Below are positions 31,701 to 41,083 of a stretch of 64,000 nt of DNA, piece by piece; within the stretch, counting starts at the first letter, position 1; every line of letters starts with the position of its first letter. The stretch covers positions 15,513 to 79,512 of the forward strand of contig CALFWR010000004.1 of assembly GCA_937928555.1 (NCBI GenBank). The letters are read 5' to 3'. Origin of the DNA: an uncultured Pirellulaceae bacterium. Its GTDB lineage: Bacteria; Planctomycetota; Planctomycetia; Pirellulales; Pirellulaceae. The translations under genes and the position numbers were made by a program. The notes below the pieces were generated by a model that saw only the letters and a list, made by a program, of their open reading frames with translations, had not been told where the DNA came from and did no database searches.

Positions 31701-31889
31701 GCCGATATTCTGCGTGCTCTTTATCAGGAGCAGTTGGAGCTATTCGAATCACAACCCCAAGCGGCCGCCGATGTCCTGCAAACGGGTTCGGCCAAAGCTG
31801 ACAAGTCGATCCCCGCGACCCAGCTTGCGGCAGCCACGATTACCGTAAACGCAATTTTGAATCTGGACGAAAGCGTGAGGCAACGATGA
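28701..31889 (+). CDS. Planctomycete cytochrome-c / DUF1549 / LamG / DUF1553 (PSD1) protein
   Basis: FNRDVRPIISDKCFHCHG, MPP, HWSF, ERLASEWLDVARYSDS, CARCHDHKYDP, NRLGLARWI, P.HPELLDWLA, QALVLLNG. Confidence 0.92.
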   Translation: MRTRHFPIFLFALLTPATALGQEISFNRDVRPIISDKCFHCHGPDADNQQSDFRLDTREHALEAITEGSLDDSEVHHRIRSEDGDVMPPADAPRKLTEAEKDIIDRWIKAGAPFEKHWSFEPVPDATPVPKVQSDWPVNNIDRFIYKRIADANKVPNTPASKEKWLRKVTFDITGLPPGIDQIEAYLADESGDAEEKIVDQLLDSDPCAERLASEWLDVARYSDSYGFQRDDERYVWPWRDWVIKAFRNNMPYDQFVTWQLAGDLMENPSRDQIVATVFNRLHSHKKEGGVAIEEFRVENVSDRTHTFAGAFMGLTLECARCHDHKYDPTKTKEYYELSSFFANVDENGLISYFTDAVPTPSASLPTAEQQKTLDLQRRAIDAAAEKLEQVTNENLSEFYQWHASKPGANIPGLVAHLTFDSFSPMPKPEKDKPYKNEHGNKNISYKKLSQIENHADSSDAWTLSTNKLVDGKFGKAVALTGDDAVVLPGVGHYGRHQPFSISIWIKPGEVEERAVIFRRSRGWDDAGSVGYELTKVGATLSAKMVHFWPGEAICVETDDVLKADQWHHLVLTYDGSSKAAGMKLYVDGQATGHIVKDHLTRQVTTWNAGYQDLAIGSRYRDRGFKDGQVDEFKVFDRELAWPEALQLFDGKTLIDLLADKELTGNQIVTRRRRGLADVFALGHSEPIQAARKELESARLAWNKTMDSVPAITVMRETETPRDAFILKRGAYDDRGEQVTANVPGFLSAWPEGAPRNRLGLARWITSPDHPLLARVTVNRYWQLMFAQGLVRTPEDFGLQGEVPTHPELLDWLARDFIANGWNVRRLLKQMALSATYRQSAIVPLSVRQEDPENRLLARGPGNRISAEMLRDSVLFVSGQLKQKVGGPPTKPYDVALAYNPLEVDAGDGLYRRSLYTFWKRSSPAPVMMTMDASKRDVCRVKREVTASPLQALVLLNGTQFVEASRILAEKLHRQFDGEAAKIVDESFQRLTSRKPTKAEADILRALYQEQLELFESQPQAAADVLQTGSAKADKSIPATQLAAATITVNAILNLDESVRQR

Positions 31890-33322
31890 GCAGGAAACTT
31901 TGCACTGGCTTCGACAATCAATTCTTTTCCCGCCGCGACGTTCTGCAAAAGTTCGGACACGGGCTGGGATCGATTGCCCTCGCGTCGCTTCTCTCAGGAG
32001 ACAAGGCGCTTGGTTCGGACGAGATCACGTTTCCAAATAAAACGCCAAAGGCCAAACGGGTAATCTTCCTGTTCCAGTCGGGAGCTCCGTCGCAGATGGA
32101 CCTTTTCGACTACAAGCCGCGGCTGAACAGGGATCACGGCAAGGAACTTCCTCCCGAAGTACGGAAGGGCCAGCGGCTGACCGGCATGAGCGGGCACCAG
32201 GCAAGCCTTCCGCTGGTGGGTTCGCCGTTCAAGTTCAAGCAGCATGGCGAATCCGGGCAGTGGATGAGTGACGTGCTCAAACATACTGCAGAGATTGCTG
32301 ACGATATGTGCATTATCAAATCGCTCAACACCGAAGCGATCAATCACGGTCCAGGTGTAACAATGATGCAAACCGGATCGCAGTTCCCCGGCCGTCCCAG
32401 CATGGGGGCGTGGCTGACGTACGGATTGGGAAGTGAAAGCGAAAACCTGCCTGGATTTGTGGTGATGGTCAGCAAAAACCGCGGCGGTCAGCCACTGTTT
32501 TCACGCCTCTGGGGAAGCGGCTTTCTTCCCGGCAAGTATGACGGCGTGCGTCTTCGACCCAGTAAAGACGCCGTCCTGTACCTCAACAGCCCCAAGGGCA
32601 TCAGTACCGCCAGTCGCCGCAAAGCTCTGGACAAAATCCAAGAGTTGAATCAGTTGCAGTTGGAACAGACCAGCGATCCGGCCCTCGAAACACGAATTGC
32701 CCAGTACGAGATGGCGTTTCGGATGCAGGGCTCGATTCCGGAAGTCACCGACATTTCCGACGAACCGCAGCACATTTTGGACATGTACGGTAAAGACGTG
32801 ACCGAGCCGGGGACTTTTGCGGCGAACTGCCTGCGCGCTCGTCGATTGGCGGAACGCGGGGTGCGATTTATTCAGCTTTACCATCCCGGCTGGGACCATC
32901 ACAGTGGATTGCCCAACGGACTGCGACACAAATGCAAACAGACCGACCAGCCCACCGCCGCGCTGATCAAGGATCTCAAGGCCCGCGGGATGTTGGATGA
33001 CACGCTCGTCATCTGGGGCGGCGAGTTCGGTCGCACCAGCTACTGTCAGGGCAAGATCGAGGGGACGAAATTTGGCCGCGATCATCATCCTCGTTGCTTT
33101 TCGATGTGGATGGCCGGAGGCGGAGTGAATGCGGGAACTTCGTATGGGGAAACCGATGAGTACAGTTACAACGTGGTCGAGAACGGCGTTCACATTCACG
33201 ACTTTCACGCCACGATCCTTCACCTGCTAGGCATTGATCATGAAAGGCTAACCTACAAATACCAAGGCCGACACTTCCGCCTCACCGACGTCCACGGCCA
33301 TGTCGTCAAACCCCTGGTTTGA
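31886..33322 (+). CDS. DUF1501 domain protein (usual partner of DUF1553)
   Basis: SRRDVL twin-Arg-like start, KRVIFLFQSGAPSQMDLFDYKP, PSMGAWLTYGLG, RLAERGVRF, WDHH, WGGEFGRT, GRDHH, RLTDVHG. Confidence 0.92.
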   Translation: MSRKLCTGFDNQFFSRRDVLQKFGHGLGSIALASLLSGDKALGSDEITFPNKTPKAKRVIFLFQSGAPSQMDLFDYKPRLNRDHGKELPPEVRKGQRLTGMSGHQASLPLVGSPFKFKQHGESGQWMSDVLKHTAEIADDMCIIKSLNTEAINHGPGVTMMQTGSQFPGRPSMGAWLTYGLGSESENLPGFVVMVSKNRGGQPLFSRLWGSGFLPGKYDGVRLRPSKDAVLYLNSPKGISTASRRKALDKIQELNQLQLEQTSDPALETRIAQYEMAFRMQGSIPEVTDISDEPQHILDMYGKDVTEPGTFAANCLRARRLAERGVRFIQLYHPGWDHHSGLPNGLRHKCKQTDQPTAALIKDLKARGMLDDTLVIWGGEFGRTSYCQGKIEGTKFGRDHHPRCFSMWMAGGGVNAGTSYGETDEYSYNVVENGVHIHDFHATILHLLGIDHERLTYKYQGRHFRLTDVHGHVVKPLV

Positions 33323-33428
33323 GTACTGTGTACTGGGTACTGGGTACTGGGTACTGGGTGCCTTGAAACACGGAATTCCGCACCAAACACTGGTTGCTCC
33401 ATTCCCCATTCCCACTTCCTCATTCCCC
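33321..33428. repeat. Upstream heptamer arrays: (GTACTGG) x5, then about 4 degenerate CCCATTC units
   Basis: Seen at 33323-33357 and about 33397-33428. Confidence 0.85.
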
Positions 33429-33493
33429 AGCGTGACTTTCCCCGGCCTCACAGCTACAATCCGCCGATCCCTTCTCCAACCTCCGAGGAACCC

Positions 33494-34120
33494 ATGGCCG
33501 GCGTTCGCAACTTCACTGACCTGAAGTTCTGGCAACGCTCTCGCCAATGGTCCAAGTCTATCTTCCAGTTCACCAAGAACGCCCCCTTCAGGTCCGACAA
33601 ACGTCTTGTCATCCAGATCAACGATTCCTCATCATCGGTCGTCGCCAACATCGCCGAGGGCTTCGGCCGCGGAACCCAGGGCGAGTTCGTCCAATTCATT
33701 GGCTACGCCATCGGTAGCTTGAACGAAACCCAAGCCCACCTGTGCGTTGCTTACGACCGCGAGTACCTCACGCGTGACCAATTCGGTCCATTGTTTCTCG
33801 AAGGCACAGAGATCCGGAAGATGACGATTGCTTTTCTGAAATCCATGACCAAACAGGGCTCCGGTGTCAAACACATCAAGAAGTTAAAGAGTTGGACCGA
33901 CGAAGTCTGGGAGAGCTGGGAGAAAGCCACCGGTAAGGAACGTCCCGACTGGATCAAACAGGGCCTCCCCTACCCCAACTTCCTCAAGGACCAGGAAAAG
34001 CGCGAGAAGGAACACCAGAGGCGCGAAAAAGAGAAAAACACGTCCGATGGAGAGGAAAACAAGTCCGATGGAGAGGAAAAGAAACGCGACGTAGAGCGAG
34101 ACAATCCAGACTGCGACTGA
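33494..34120 (+). CDS. Four helix bundle protein (23S rRNA IVP / TIGR02436-like) with C-terminal extension
   Basis: F.DL..WQ.S, L..QI..SS.SV.ANIAEG.GR....EF..F...A.GSL.ET...L..A.D..Y. Confidence 0.9.
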   Translation: MAGVRNFTDLKFWQRSRQWSKSIFQFTKNAPFRSDKRLVIQINDSSSSVVANIAEGFGRGTQGEFVQFIGYAIGSLNETQAHLCVAYDREYLTRDQFGPLFLEGTEIRKMTIAFLKSMTKQGSGVKHIKKLKSWTDEVWESWEKATGKERPDWIKQGLPYPNFLKDQEKREKEHQRREKEKNTSDGEENKSDGEEKKRDVERDNPDCD

Positions 34121-34140
34121 AAACCAAATTGCACCGTATT

Positions 34141-34270
34141 GAGTACCGAGTACCGAGTACTGAGTACTTACTCCCCACTCCCCACTCCCCACTCCCCACT
34201 CCCCATTCCCCATTCCCCATTCCCCATTCCCCATTCCCCATTCCGCACTCCCCATTCCCCATTCCCCATT
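34141..34270. repeat. Downstream heptamer arrays: (GAGTACY) x4, then (CCCCAYT) x14
   Basis: 34141-34168 and 34173-34270. Confidence 0.95.
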
Positions 34271-34319
34271 CCAACCCTCAACCCCAAGCCAAACCCTGTC
34301 CTCTTCCACACCCGAACTC

Positions 34320-36779
34320 ATGTCCCCCGCCGGTGGCTGGCAGCAACTCCATGCCGCCATCGAAGCCGGCGCTGATGCCGTCTACTTCGGTCTGAGCCAC
34401 TTCTCTGCTCGCGCAAAAGTCGGCTTCCACATCGGCGAACTGCCCAAAGTCCTCCAAACGCTCCACCGCCGCAGCGTCAAAGGCTTCGTCACCTTCAACA
34501 CCCTCGTCTTCGACCACGAAATCGAAACCGCCAAACAAGCCATCGAAGCGATCGCCGCTGCCAACACCGACGCGATCATCGTCCAGGACATCGGCATCGC
34601 AAAACTCGCCCGCGAAATCGCCCCGCAGCTCGCCATCCACGGCAGCACGCAAATGTCGATCACCAGCGCCCAAGGCGCCGAACTCGCCGCCGGCCTTGGC
34701 TGCTCCCGCGTCGTCCTTGGCCGTGAACTGAGCATCGCCGACATTCGTAAAATCGCATCGCAAACCGATGTCGAACTTGAATGCTTCGTCCATGGAGCCC
34801 TCTGCGTCTCCTACTCCGGCCAATGTTTCAGCAGCGAAGCGTGGGGAGGGCGAAGCGCCAACCGTGGCAAATGCGCCCAAGCCTGCCGCCTGTCCTACGA
34901 CCTGATCGTCGACGGCAAAGCTCGCGACCTCGGCCCCCACCGCTACCTTCTTTCCCCTGGAGACCTTTACGCGATTGAGCAAATTCCCGAACTAGTCGAC
35001 ATCGGCATCTCCTGTTTGAAAATCGAAGGCCGCTACAAGGACGCTTCTTACGTCGCGGCCACCACACGCGCCTACCGCGAAGCCATCGACCTCGCCCTGC
35101 TTGGTGTTGCGAACGAAACGACGGCCGAAAAAGCCCAACTTGAACAAATCTACTCCCGCGGCCTTGGCCCCCATTTCATGTCCGGCGTCAACCACCAGAA
35201 CGTCGTCATCGGCCGCGCCCCGCGTCACCGCGGCGTCAATGTCGGCACCGTTATCGCGATCAGCCAGTTCGGAATCGACGTCGAACTGGAACACGAAATC
35301 TCCCCCGGCGACGGGCTGGTCTTCGACGCCGCCGACTGGCGCAGCCCCGACGAGCCCGAAGAAGGCGGCAATGTTTACACTGTCAAACCACTTGCCGACG
35401 ACCTCGCCCGCCTGGCTTTCGAGCACGGCAAGCTGAACCTTGACCGCATCCGTCCCGGAGACCTCGTCTGGCGAACCAACCAACCCTCCCTGGTCCGCTC
35501 GCTCAAGTCAATTACGAAATCCTCCAAGCCCGTTTTCACCCGTCCGTTGGACTTCGAAGTCACCGCTTCGGTCGGCAAACCATTGGTCGTCACCGCGATC
35601 CACGAATCGGGGCTCAAGGCCCAATACACCTCTGAAGAGCCGCTGCAAGCTGCGCAAAAGCGAGCCCTCGACGATGAAACGCTCAGTGAGAAACTGGGTC
35701 GCCTCGGCGGCACCCCCTTTCACCTTGGCGAGATCATCCGAACCGAAACCGAAGCGGTCTTCGTCCCCACAAGCATCCTCAACGAAGCCCGCCGGGTGCT
35801 CGTCGAAGCCCTCCTAGACGCCGTAGCGACACGCAAGCCCGGCGGCAAGTCACCGGCGCCGATGCCCATTGCTTTCGCAAAATCCACCGCGCCCATCATG
35901 CCGCCCCCCGGTCCGCAACTGCACCTGCTGGTCCGCACTGCCGAGCAACTTGATGCCGCCCTCGCCGCCGCGCCCGCCTCGATCACGCTCGACTACCTCG
36001 AACTCTACGGCCTCCGACCGAGCGTCGAAAAGATCACCGCCTCCGGCATCACTGCTCGTGTCGCCAGCCCAAGGATCCTTAAACCGACCGAGCAGAACAT
36101 TTTTCGTTTCCTGTTGTCGTTGGATTGTGAAATCCTCGTTCGCAGCGGAGGGCTGCTGGTTGACCTGCTCAAATCCGACATCGATCCGACAAAGCTCATC
36201 GGTGACTTCAGCCTGAACGTTGCCAACGGCGAAACCGTCCGGACCTTCCGCGACATGGGCCTGCAGCGACTGACGCCAACCTACGACCTGAACGCCAAAC
36301 AGATCAGCGACCTTGCCGCGTCGAGTCCCGACCTGGAAGTCATCGCCTACAGCCACCTTCCGGTCTTTCACACCGAACATTGTGTCTTCTGCCGTTTCCT
36401 TTCCGAAGGCACCGACAACACCAACTGCGGCCACCCCTGCGAGACGCATCGAATCGCCGTTCGCGATCACGAAGGCCGCGAGCATCCGGTGATGGCGGAC
36501 GTGGGCTGCCGCAATACAGTCTTCGGTGCCCAAGCCCAGACGGATCCGTCATCGGTTCGCGATTGGCTTGATGCCGGCGTCAAAAACTTTCGACTTGAGT
36601 TCGTCTATCAGACCGGCGACGAAATCCATGCCATCGCGTCGGCTTTTCAAAGTCACCTAGTTGGAAAGTCCTCTGCCGGCGCGTTGGCCGAAACGCTTCG
36701 TTCCCACTCGGCTCAATCGACCACCCATGGCAGCCTGTACGTCCCCGAAGGATTCGGCAAACTGGTCCAGCTGAAGTAG
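34320..36779 (+). CDS. Large U32-family protein (RlhA/TrhP-like Fe-S RNA hydroxylase type) with DUF3656-like region
   Basis: AGADAVYFG, H.STQM, R.VL.REL, FVHGALCVSYSGQC.......RSANRG.CAQ.CR, LKIEGR.K. Confidence 0.88.
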   Translation: MSPAGGWQQLHAAIEAGADAVYFGLSHFSARAKVGFHIGELPKVLQTLHRRSVKGFVTFNTLVFDHEIETAKQAIEAIAAANTDAIIVQDIGIAKLAREIAPQLAIHGSTQMSITSAQGAELAAGLGCSRVVLGRELSIADIRKIASQTDVELECFVHGALCVSYSGQCFSSEAWGGRSANRGKCAQACRLSYDLIVDGKARDLGPHRYLLSPGDLYAIEQIPELVDIGISCLKIEGRYKDASYVAATTRAYREAIDLALLGVANETTAEKAQLEQIYSRGLGPHFMSGVNHQNVVIGRAPRHRGVNVGTVIAISQFGIDVELEHEISPGDGLVFDAADWRSPDEPEEGGNVYTVKPLADDLARLAFEHGKLNLDRIRPGDLVWRTNQPSLVRSLKSITKSSKPVFTRPLDFEVTASVGKPLVVTAIHESGLKAQYTSEEPLQAAQKRALDDETLSEKLGRLGGTPFHLGEIIRTETEAVFVPTSILNEARRVLVEALLDAVATRKPGGKSPAPMPIAFAKSTAPIMPPPGPQLHLLVRTAEQLDAALAAAPASITLDYLELYGLRPSVEKITASGITARVASPRILKPTEQNIFRFLLSLDCEILVRSGGLLVDLLKSDIDPTKLIGDFSLNVANGETVRTFRDMGLQRLTPTYDLNAKQISDLAASSPDLEVIAYSHLPVFHTEHCVFCRFLSEGTDNTNCGHPCETHRIAVRDHEGREHPVMADVGCRNTVFGAQAQTDPSSVRDWLDAGVKNFRLEFVYQTGDEIHAIASAFQSHLVGKSSAGALAETLRSHSAQSTTHGSLYVPEGFGKLVQLK

Positions 36780-36833
36780 GGCGCAGCGGCGACGGCTTTC
36801 ACGATCGACGCGCTATAGCGACGGGTCACGCGG

Positions 36834-38912
36834 CTAACTTGCGGCCCCCAGGCCACTGTGCCGCAGCAGCGCTTCGACGGTCGGCTTGCGCCCGCGGAAC
36901 TCCTCATAAATCTCCATCGGATGCCGGCTTCCGCCTTGGGCCAAAACCGTGTCGCGAAACTTCCTCCCGGTCGCGGCAACCGCTTCTGAATTATCCAGCC
37001 CCACATCTTCAAACGCAGCAAACGCATCGGCACTCAATACCTCCGCCCACTTGTAGCTGTAATACCCCGCCGCATAGCCACCGGCAAAAATATGCGAGAA
37101 CGCACAAAGGAACTTGTTCTCCGGCAACGGAGGTAACGCAGAAGTCTGCTTCGCAATCCGCTCATGCACCTCAAACGCCGACTCCGAACCCGACGGATCG
37201 AAATTGGAATGTAGCTCAATGTCGGTCATCCCAAACTGAAGCTGACGCAGCATCTGGCTGGCCGCGCGATACGTCCGCGCTTTGCAAATCTTTTCAAACA
37301 GCTCATCGGGCAACGTCTCACCGCTCTGATAATGCTTCGCCATCCCCAACAGCGTCTCCCGGTGATAACACCAATTTTCCATAAACTGACTGGGCAGTTC
37401 CACCGCGTCCCATTCGACCCCTGAAATCCCGGCAACATCGCGCAGATCAACCGTCGTCAGCATGTGCTGCAAACCATGCCCAAACTCATGGAACAACGTT
37501 TCGACTTCGCGGAACGTCATCAACGAAGGGATCTCGCCGTCCTGGTTCTTTGTCGGCGGCGTGCTGTTGCAAACCAGATGACAAACAGGCAACCGCGACT
37601 CCGAAGAAGTAAACGAGCGACCGACGCAATCTGCCATCCATGCCCCTGGCCGTTTGTTCTCCGGTCGGGAATAGGGGTCAAGGTAAAACGATGCGATCTG
37701 CGCGTTGTCCTCGTTAAGCACATGAAAGAACCGAACGTCCTGGTTCCAAACCGGAGCTTCACCATCGGCCGCCTTGAACGTGACTCCAAACAGCTTTGTG
37801 CAAAGATCAAACAGGCCATCAAGCACCGGTTCGAGCGAAAAGTACGGCCGCAGTTCCTCTTCGGTATACGCGTACTTGTGCTCGCGTAATCGCTCTGCCC
37901 AAAATCCAACGTCCCAGTGGGCCAGCTCTCCTTCGTGTCCGTTATCGTTGGCAAACCGGGTGACTTCTTCCAGTTCGCGTTTTCCCGATTCCAGGCTCGC
38001 ACCAAGGAGTTGGTCGAACATCTGCTGAATTTCACCAGTGTCAGCAGCCATCTTGTTGGCAAGGCTGTTTTCGGCAAAGTTCTCGTAGCCCAACAGTTGG
38101 CTTTGCTCTTTCCGCAATTTCAAAATTTCATCAATCAGCGTCGTGTTGTCGTGCTCACCACCGGACGCACGCGTGACGTAAGCCCGATACGCCTGTTCAC
38201 GCAAAGCGCGATTGCGACAGTGCTGAATGAAAGGCGTAAAGCTCGGCCCGTCCAGCTTGACCCGCCACGGACCTTTCTCCGGATCCGGCTCGGTCGCTTC
38301 TTCCTGAGCTGCGGCAAAATTTCCTGCTGCCACCCGGCGATACGTGTCAGGGAAACCTTCCGCGTCTGCCGGATCGGTGATGTCCAAATGCCACGCATTG
38401 GTCGCGTCAAGCACATTGTTGGAAAACTCGGTGCCGACCTGCGAAAGCTGTTCCGCGATTTCGTTGAACCGCTCAAGGTCATCGCCCTCGAGCCCGATGC
38501 CTGACTGCTGCGCCGAAAGGATCGCCTTTTCGACGATTCGCTTTTTCGCAGAAGGCATCCCGGCCCAGTCGTCGGAATCGCGGAACGCACAGTAGCGTTC
38601 GTAAAGTGGCTTACTTTGTCCCAGCTGCAAAACCATTCCAATGATCTGGGGAATCGCTGCCTCATGAGCGTCCCGCAGTTCATCGCTATTGGCCACGCCC
38701 AGCAAGTGTCCAATCGGCGACCAGCCGTATTCGAACAGCAAATCGAGCTTGCCCATCGGTTTCTTGAGGCTTTCCCAGTCCGTCGACTCTTCAGCTTGCT
38801 TGAGAAGCGTTTCGAACTCCTTCGTGATCGATTCAACCGCAGGCCCAACGTGCTCGGGAGTGATCTTGTCGTAAGCGGGTAGGCCGTCGGTTTGAAGAAG
38901 TGGATTGCTCAT
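36834..38912 (-). CDS. prlC: Oligopeptidase A (M3A family)
   Basis: FHEFGHGLQHMLT, WDAVELPSQFMENW, FSHIFAGGYAAGYYSYKWAEVLSADAF, F.GR.P...ALL.H.GL. ATG at 38912. Confidence 0.94.
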   Translation of the reverse strand: MSNPLLQTDGLPAYDKITPEHVGPAVESITKEFETLLKQAEESTDWESLKKPMGKLDLLFEYGWSPIGHLLGVANSDELRDAHEAAIPQIIGMVLQLGQSKPLYERYCAFRDSDDWAGMPSAKKRIVEKAILSAQQSGIGLEGDDLERFNEIAEQLSQVGTEFSNNVLDATNAWHLDITDPADAEGFPDTYRRVAAGNFAAAQEEATEPDPEKGPWRVKLDGPSFTPFIQHCRNRALREQAYRAYVTRASGGEHDNTTLIDEILKLRKEQSQLLGYENFAENSLANKMAADTGEIQQMFDQLLGASLESGKRELEEVTRFANDNGHEGELAHWDVGFWAERLREHKYAYTEEELRPYFSLEPVLDGLFDLCTKLFGVTFKAADGEAPVWNQDVRFFHVLNEDNAQIASFYLDPYSRPENKRPGAWMADCVGRSFTSSESRLPVCHLVCNSTPPTKNQDGEIPSLMTFREVETLFHEFGHGLQHMLTTVDLRDVAGISGVEWDAVELPSQFMENWCYHRETLLGMAKHYQSGETLPDELFEKICKARTYRAASQMLRQLQFGMTDIELHSNFDPSGSESAFEVHERIAKQTSALPPLPENKFLCAFSHIFAGGYAAGYYSYKWAEVLSADAFAAFEDVGLDNSEAVAATGRKFRDTVLAQGGSRHPMEIYEEFRGRKPTVEALLRHSGLGAAS

Positions 38913-39124
38913 AGGTCTCAGGGCTGCTTTCTGGATTCCGGAAAAGTCGCCGATATCGTAGCCAAAATAAGGTTTCTTTGCAGCGGCACTCTGTCCCCCC
39001 GGGCCGCACATTACACAACAACTTCATCGGCTATCGGCTCAGATGCTATAGTTTAAGTGAGCCATCGGTTTTTGCGGCAAGCCAGCGAAACCGATTCAAC
39101 TTTCTCGAATCAGAATCGACGGGA

Positions 39125-41053
39125 ATGAGACAAACACAGCAACCACCGTTTCGCCAGCGAACACGTTCCCGTACAGCAACCGCGACGCAATCTCGAATTG
39201 GCTGGCTTGCGATTCTGATATTGGCGCTGTGGGCCAGCCGAGCCGCTGCTCAATCGGCGCAACCAGATTGGCGTGTCGAACGATTGCAGCTCAATCGCGG
39301 CCTTCAGGAAAAGCTTCAGGAGTTGGTCCTCTGGTGTCGCGGCAACGGGGTCCAGCAGCAGGAGAAAGCCACGTGGAGCATCTATCGCCGCTGCGGGCTG
39401 GATCGGCATTACCTTTTCCTGCCCACCGAAAAGACCATGCCCACCGCCGACATCGACGGCAAGCTGGGCGAGTGGTTTCAAAAGCTAACCCAAATCCGCC
39501 GTGATCACGCGACGAGCCTGTTTGACCTAGCCGAACGTGCCGCCAAAGCCGACGAAGGCGCCGTTGCGTTCCGGCTTCTGCACGAAGTCCTCTACTTCGA
39601 CCGCGACCACGCGCGGGCCCGCGAGATGCTGGGCCATCGCAAAATCAAAGACGGCTGGAAACTGTTCCCCGAAAGGATCACCGTCAAACCCGCCCGCAAA
39701 CCGCAGCGCGAATTTGGCTGGCCGGCAAAGACCTACTTTACCGCCACCACGCCGCACTTTTACATTTACTCAAACGCCACCGAAGAACAAACCCGGGCAC
39801 TCGCAGAGAACCTCGAGACGTGGCATTACATCTGGCGTCAACTGTTTTTTGAATTCTGGAAAAAGCCATCGACGGTAAAGACTTGGTTCGAAGGCAAAGG
39901 CCAGCTTCACATCCCCAAAGGTGCCAGCCGTCGCTTCAAAGTCGCCTTCTTTCGCGACCACCCCGAATACGTCAGGCAAATGTTGAATCTGGGCGTTCGC
40001 GGCGCGGAAGTTTCCAGCGGCTACTACCACGGCGACCAGGAAATCTCTTGTTTTCCCGCAGTTGGAGCCACTGGCGAACCGGCCGATTCTACCTGGCGGC
40101 ACGAATTGGCTCACCAACTGTTTCGCGAATCCATCCGCACCCGCCCGTCTCCGTTTGCCGCCAATTTTCTCTGGCTCGACGAGGGCGTTGCGATGTACTT
40201 TGAATCTGTCGAACTGTTTGACGGCTACGCGACAGTGGGAGGATTCGATTCCACCCGGCTTCAGTTTGCCCGCATGCGCAAAATCCGCGAAGGCTTTCAC
40301 GTGCCGATTGCAGAACTTTCGCGCATGAACATGCCGGCCTTTCAGACACGCCCCGACATTGCGCGGATCTATTCGCAATCCGCCGGCATCGCCCACATGC
40401 TCATGGACAGCAAAAACAACACACGCTCGAAACTGGTTGATTTTCTCAAAACCATGCACAAGCAAAAAGTCGATCCACAAAAGAGGCTGTTCGAGAAAAC
40501 CATCGGGCGCACTTTCGAACAACTCGAATCCGATTACGACCAGTTCCTCAAAGTCAAAAATTGGAGCGTCGAAAACCGCATCGAAAAACCGGCAACCCGC
40601 GAAGTCATGGCCATTCCGGAAGCCGACCTAGGTGACGGTGCCTTTGACGAACTGGCGAAGTGCAAACAACTGCGGTGGCTGGATCTGTCCGGGAACAAAC
40701 TTTACAAGCACAACGCGAAAAAGCTTGGCAAGCTCGATTCGCTCGAACAACTGTTCCTCCTCGCCAGCCCGATCGAGCCGGGTGCCCTGGAATCACTCAA
40801 CCAACTGGCCAGCCTGCGAGAACTGGACCTGCGTTACTCTTCGATCATGGACAAAGAAATCGTTGAACTGACAAAGCTTCCCGCTTTGGAAGTCCTGATG
40901 GTTTCCAAGCCCCAACTTACCGACGCCGCCGTTGACTCACTGGCGAAAATCGCCACCCTGAAGACCCTGATTCTGACCAAGGATGCTCTTTCGCCTGCGG
41001 CACTGGAGCAGTTCAAACGGCTTCGCCCGGATGTCGATGTTCAGGAAAGGTGA
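39125..41053 (+). CDS. Secreted DUF1570-like HExxH protein with C-terminal leucine-rich repeats
   Basis: Signal-like segment; GYY..., RHELAHQLF, WLDEGVAMYFES; LRR pattern L..L..L..L.L.. Confidence 0.75.
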   Translation: MRQTQQPPFRQRTRSRTATATQSRIGWLAILILALWASRAAAQSAQPDWRVERLQLNRGLQEKLQELVLWCRGNGVQQQEKATWSIYRRCGLDRHYLFLPTEKTMPTADIDGKLGEWFQKLTQIRRDHATSLFDLAERAAKADEGAVAFRLLHEVLYFDRDHARAREMLGHRKIKDGWKLFPERITVKPARKPQREFGWPAKTYFTATTPHFYIYSNATEEQTRALAENLETWHYIWRQLFFEFWKKPSTVKTWFEGKGQLHIPKGASRRFKVAFFRDHPEYVRQMLNLGVRGAEVSSGYYHGDQEISCFPAVGATGEPADSTWRHELAHQLFRESIRTRPSPFAANFLWLDEGVAMYFESVELFDGYATVGGFDSTRLQFARMRKIREGFHVPIAELSRMNMPAFQTRPDIARIYSQSAGIAHMLMDSKNNTRSKLVDFLKTMHKQKVDPQKRLFEKTIGRTFEQLESDYDQFLKVKNWSVENRIEKPATREVMAIPEADLGDGAFDELAKCKQLRWLDLSGNKLYKHNAKKLGKLDSLEQLFLLASPIEPGALESLNQLASLRELDLRYSSIMDKEIVELTKLPALEVLMVSKPQLTDAAVDSLAKIATLKTLILTKDALSPAALEQFKRLRPDVDVQER

Positions 41054-41083
41054 TTCTCGTCGGGCATCGCTGCAATGCCATCA

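Noticed and set aside
33494-34120. Diversity-generating retroelement (Avd-like fold)
   Set aside because: No reverse transcriptase and no template/variable repeat pair differing at adenines seen in the window.
33884-34395. Track ORFs with MGNGEWG / PHSPFPI / STQYSVL repeats (also 12553-12780)
   Set aside because: These are translations of non-coding heptamer arrays.
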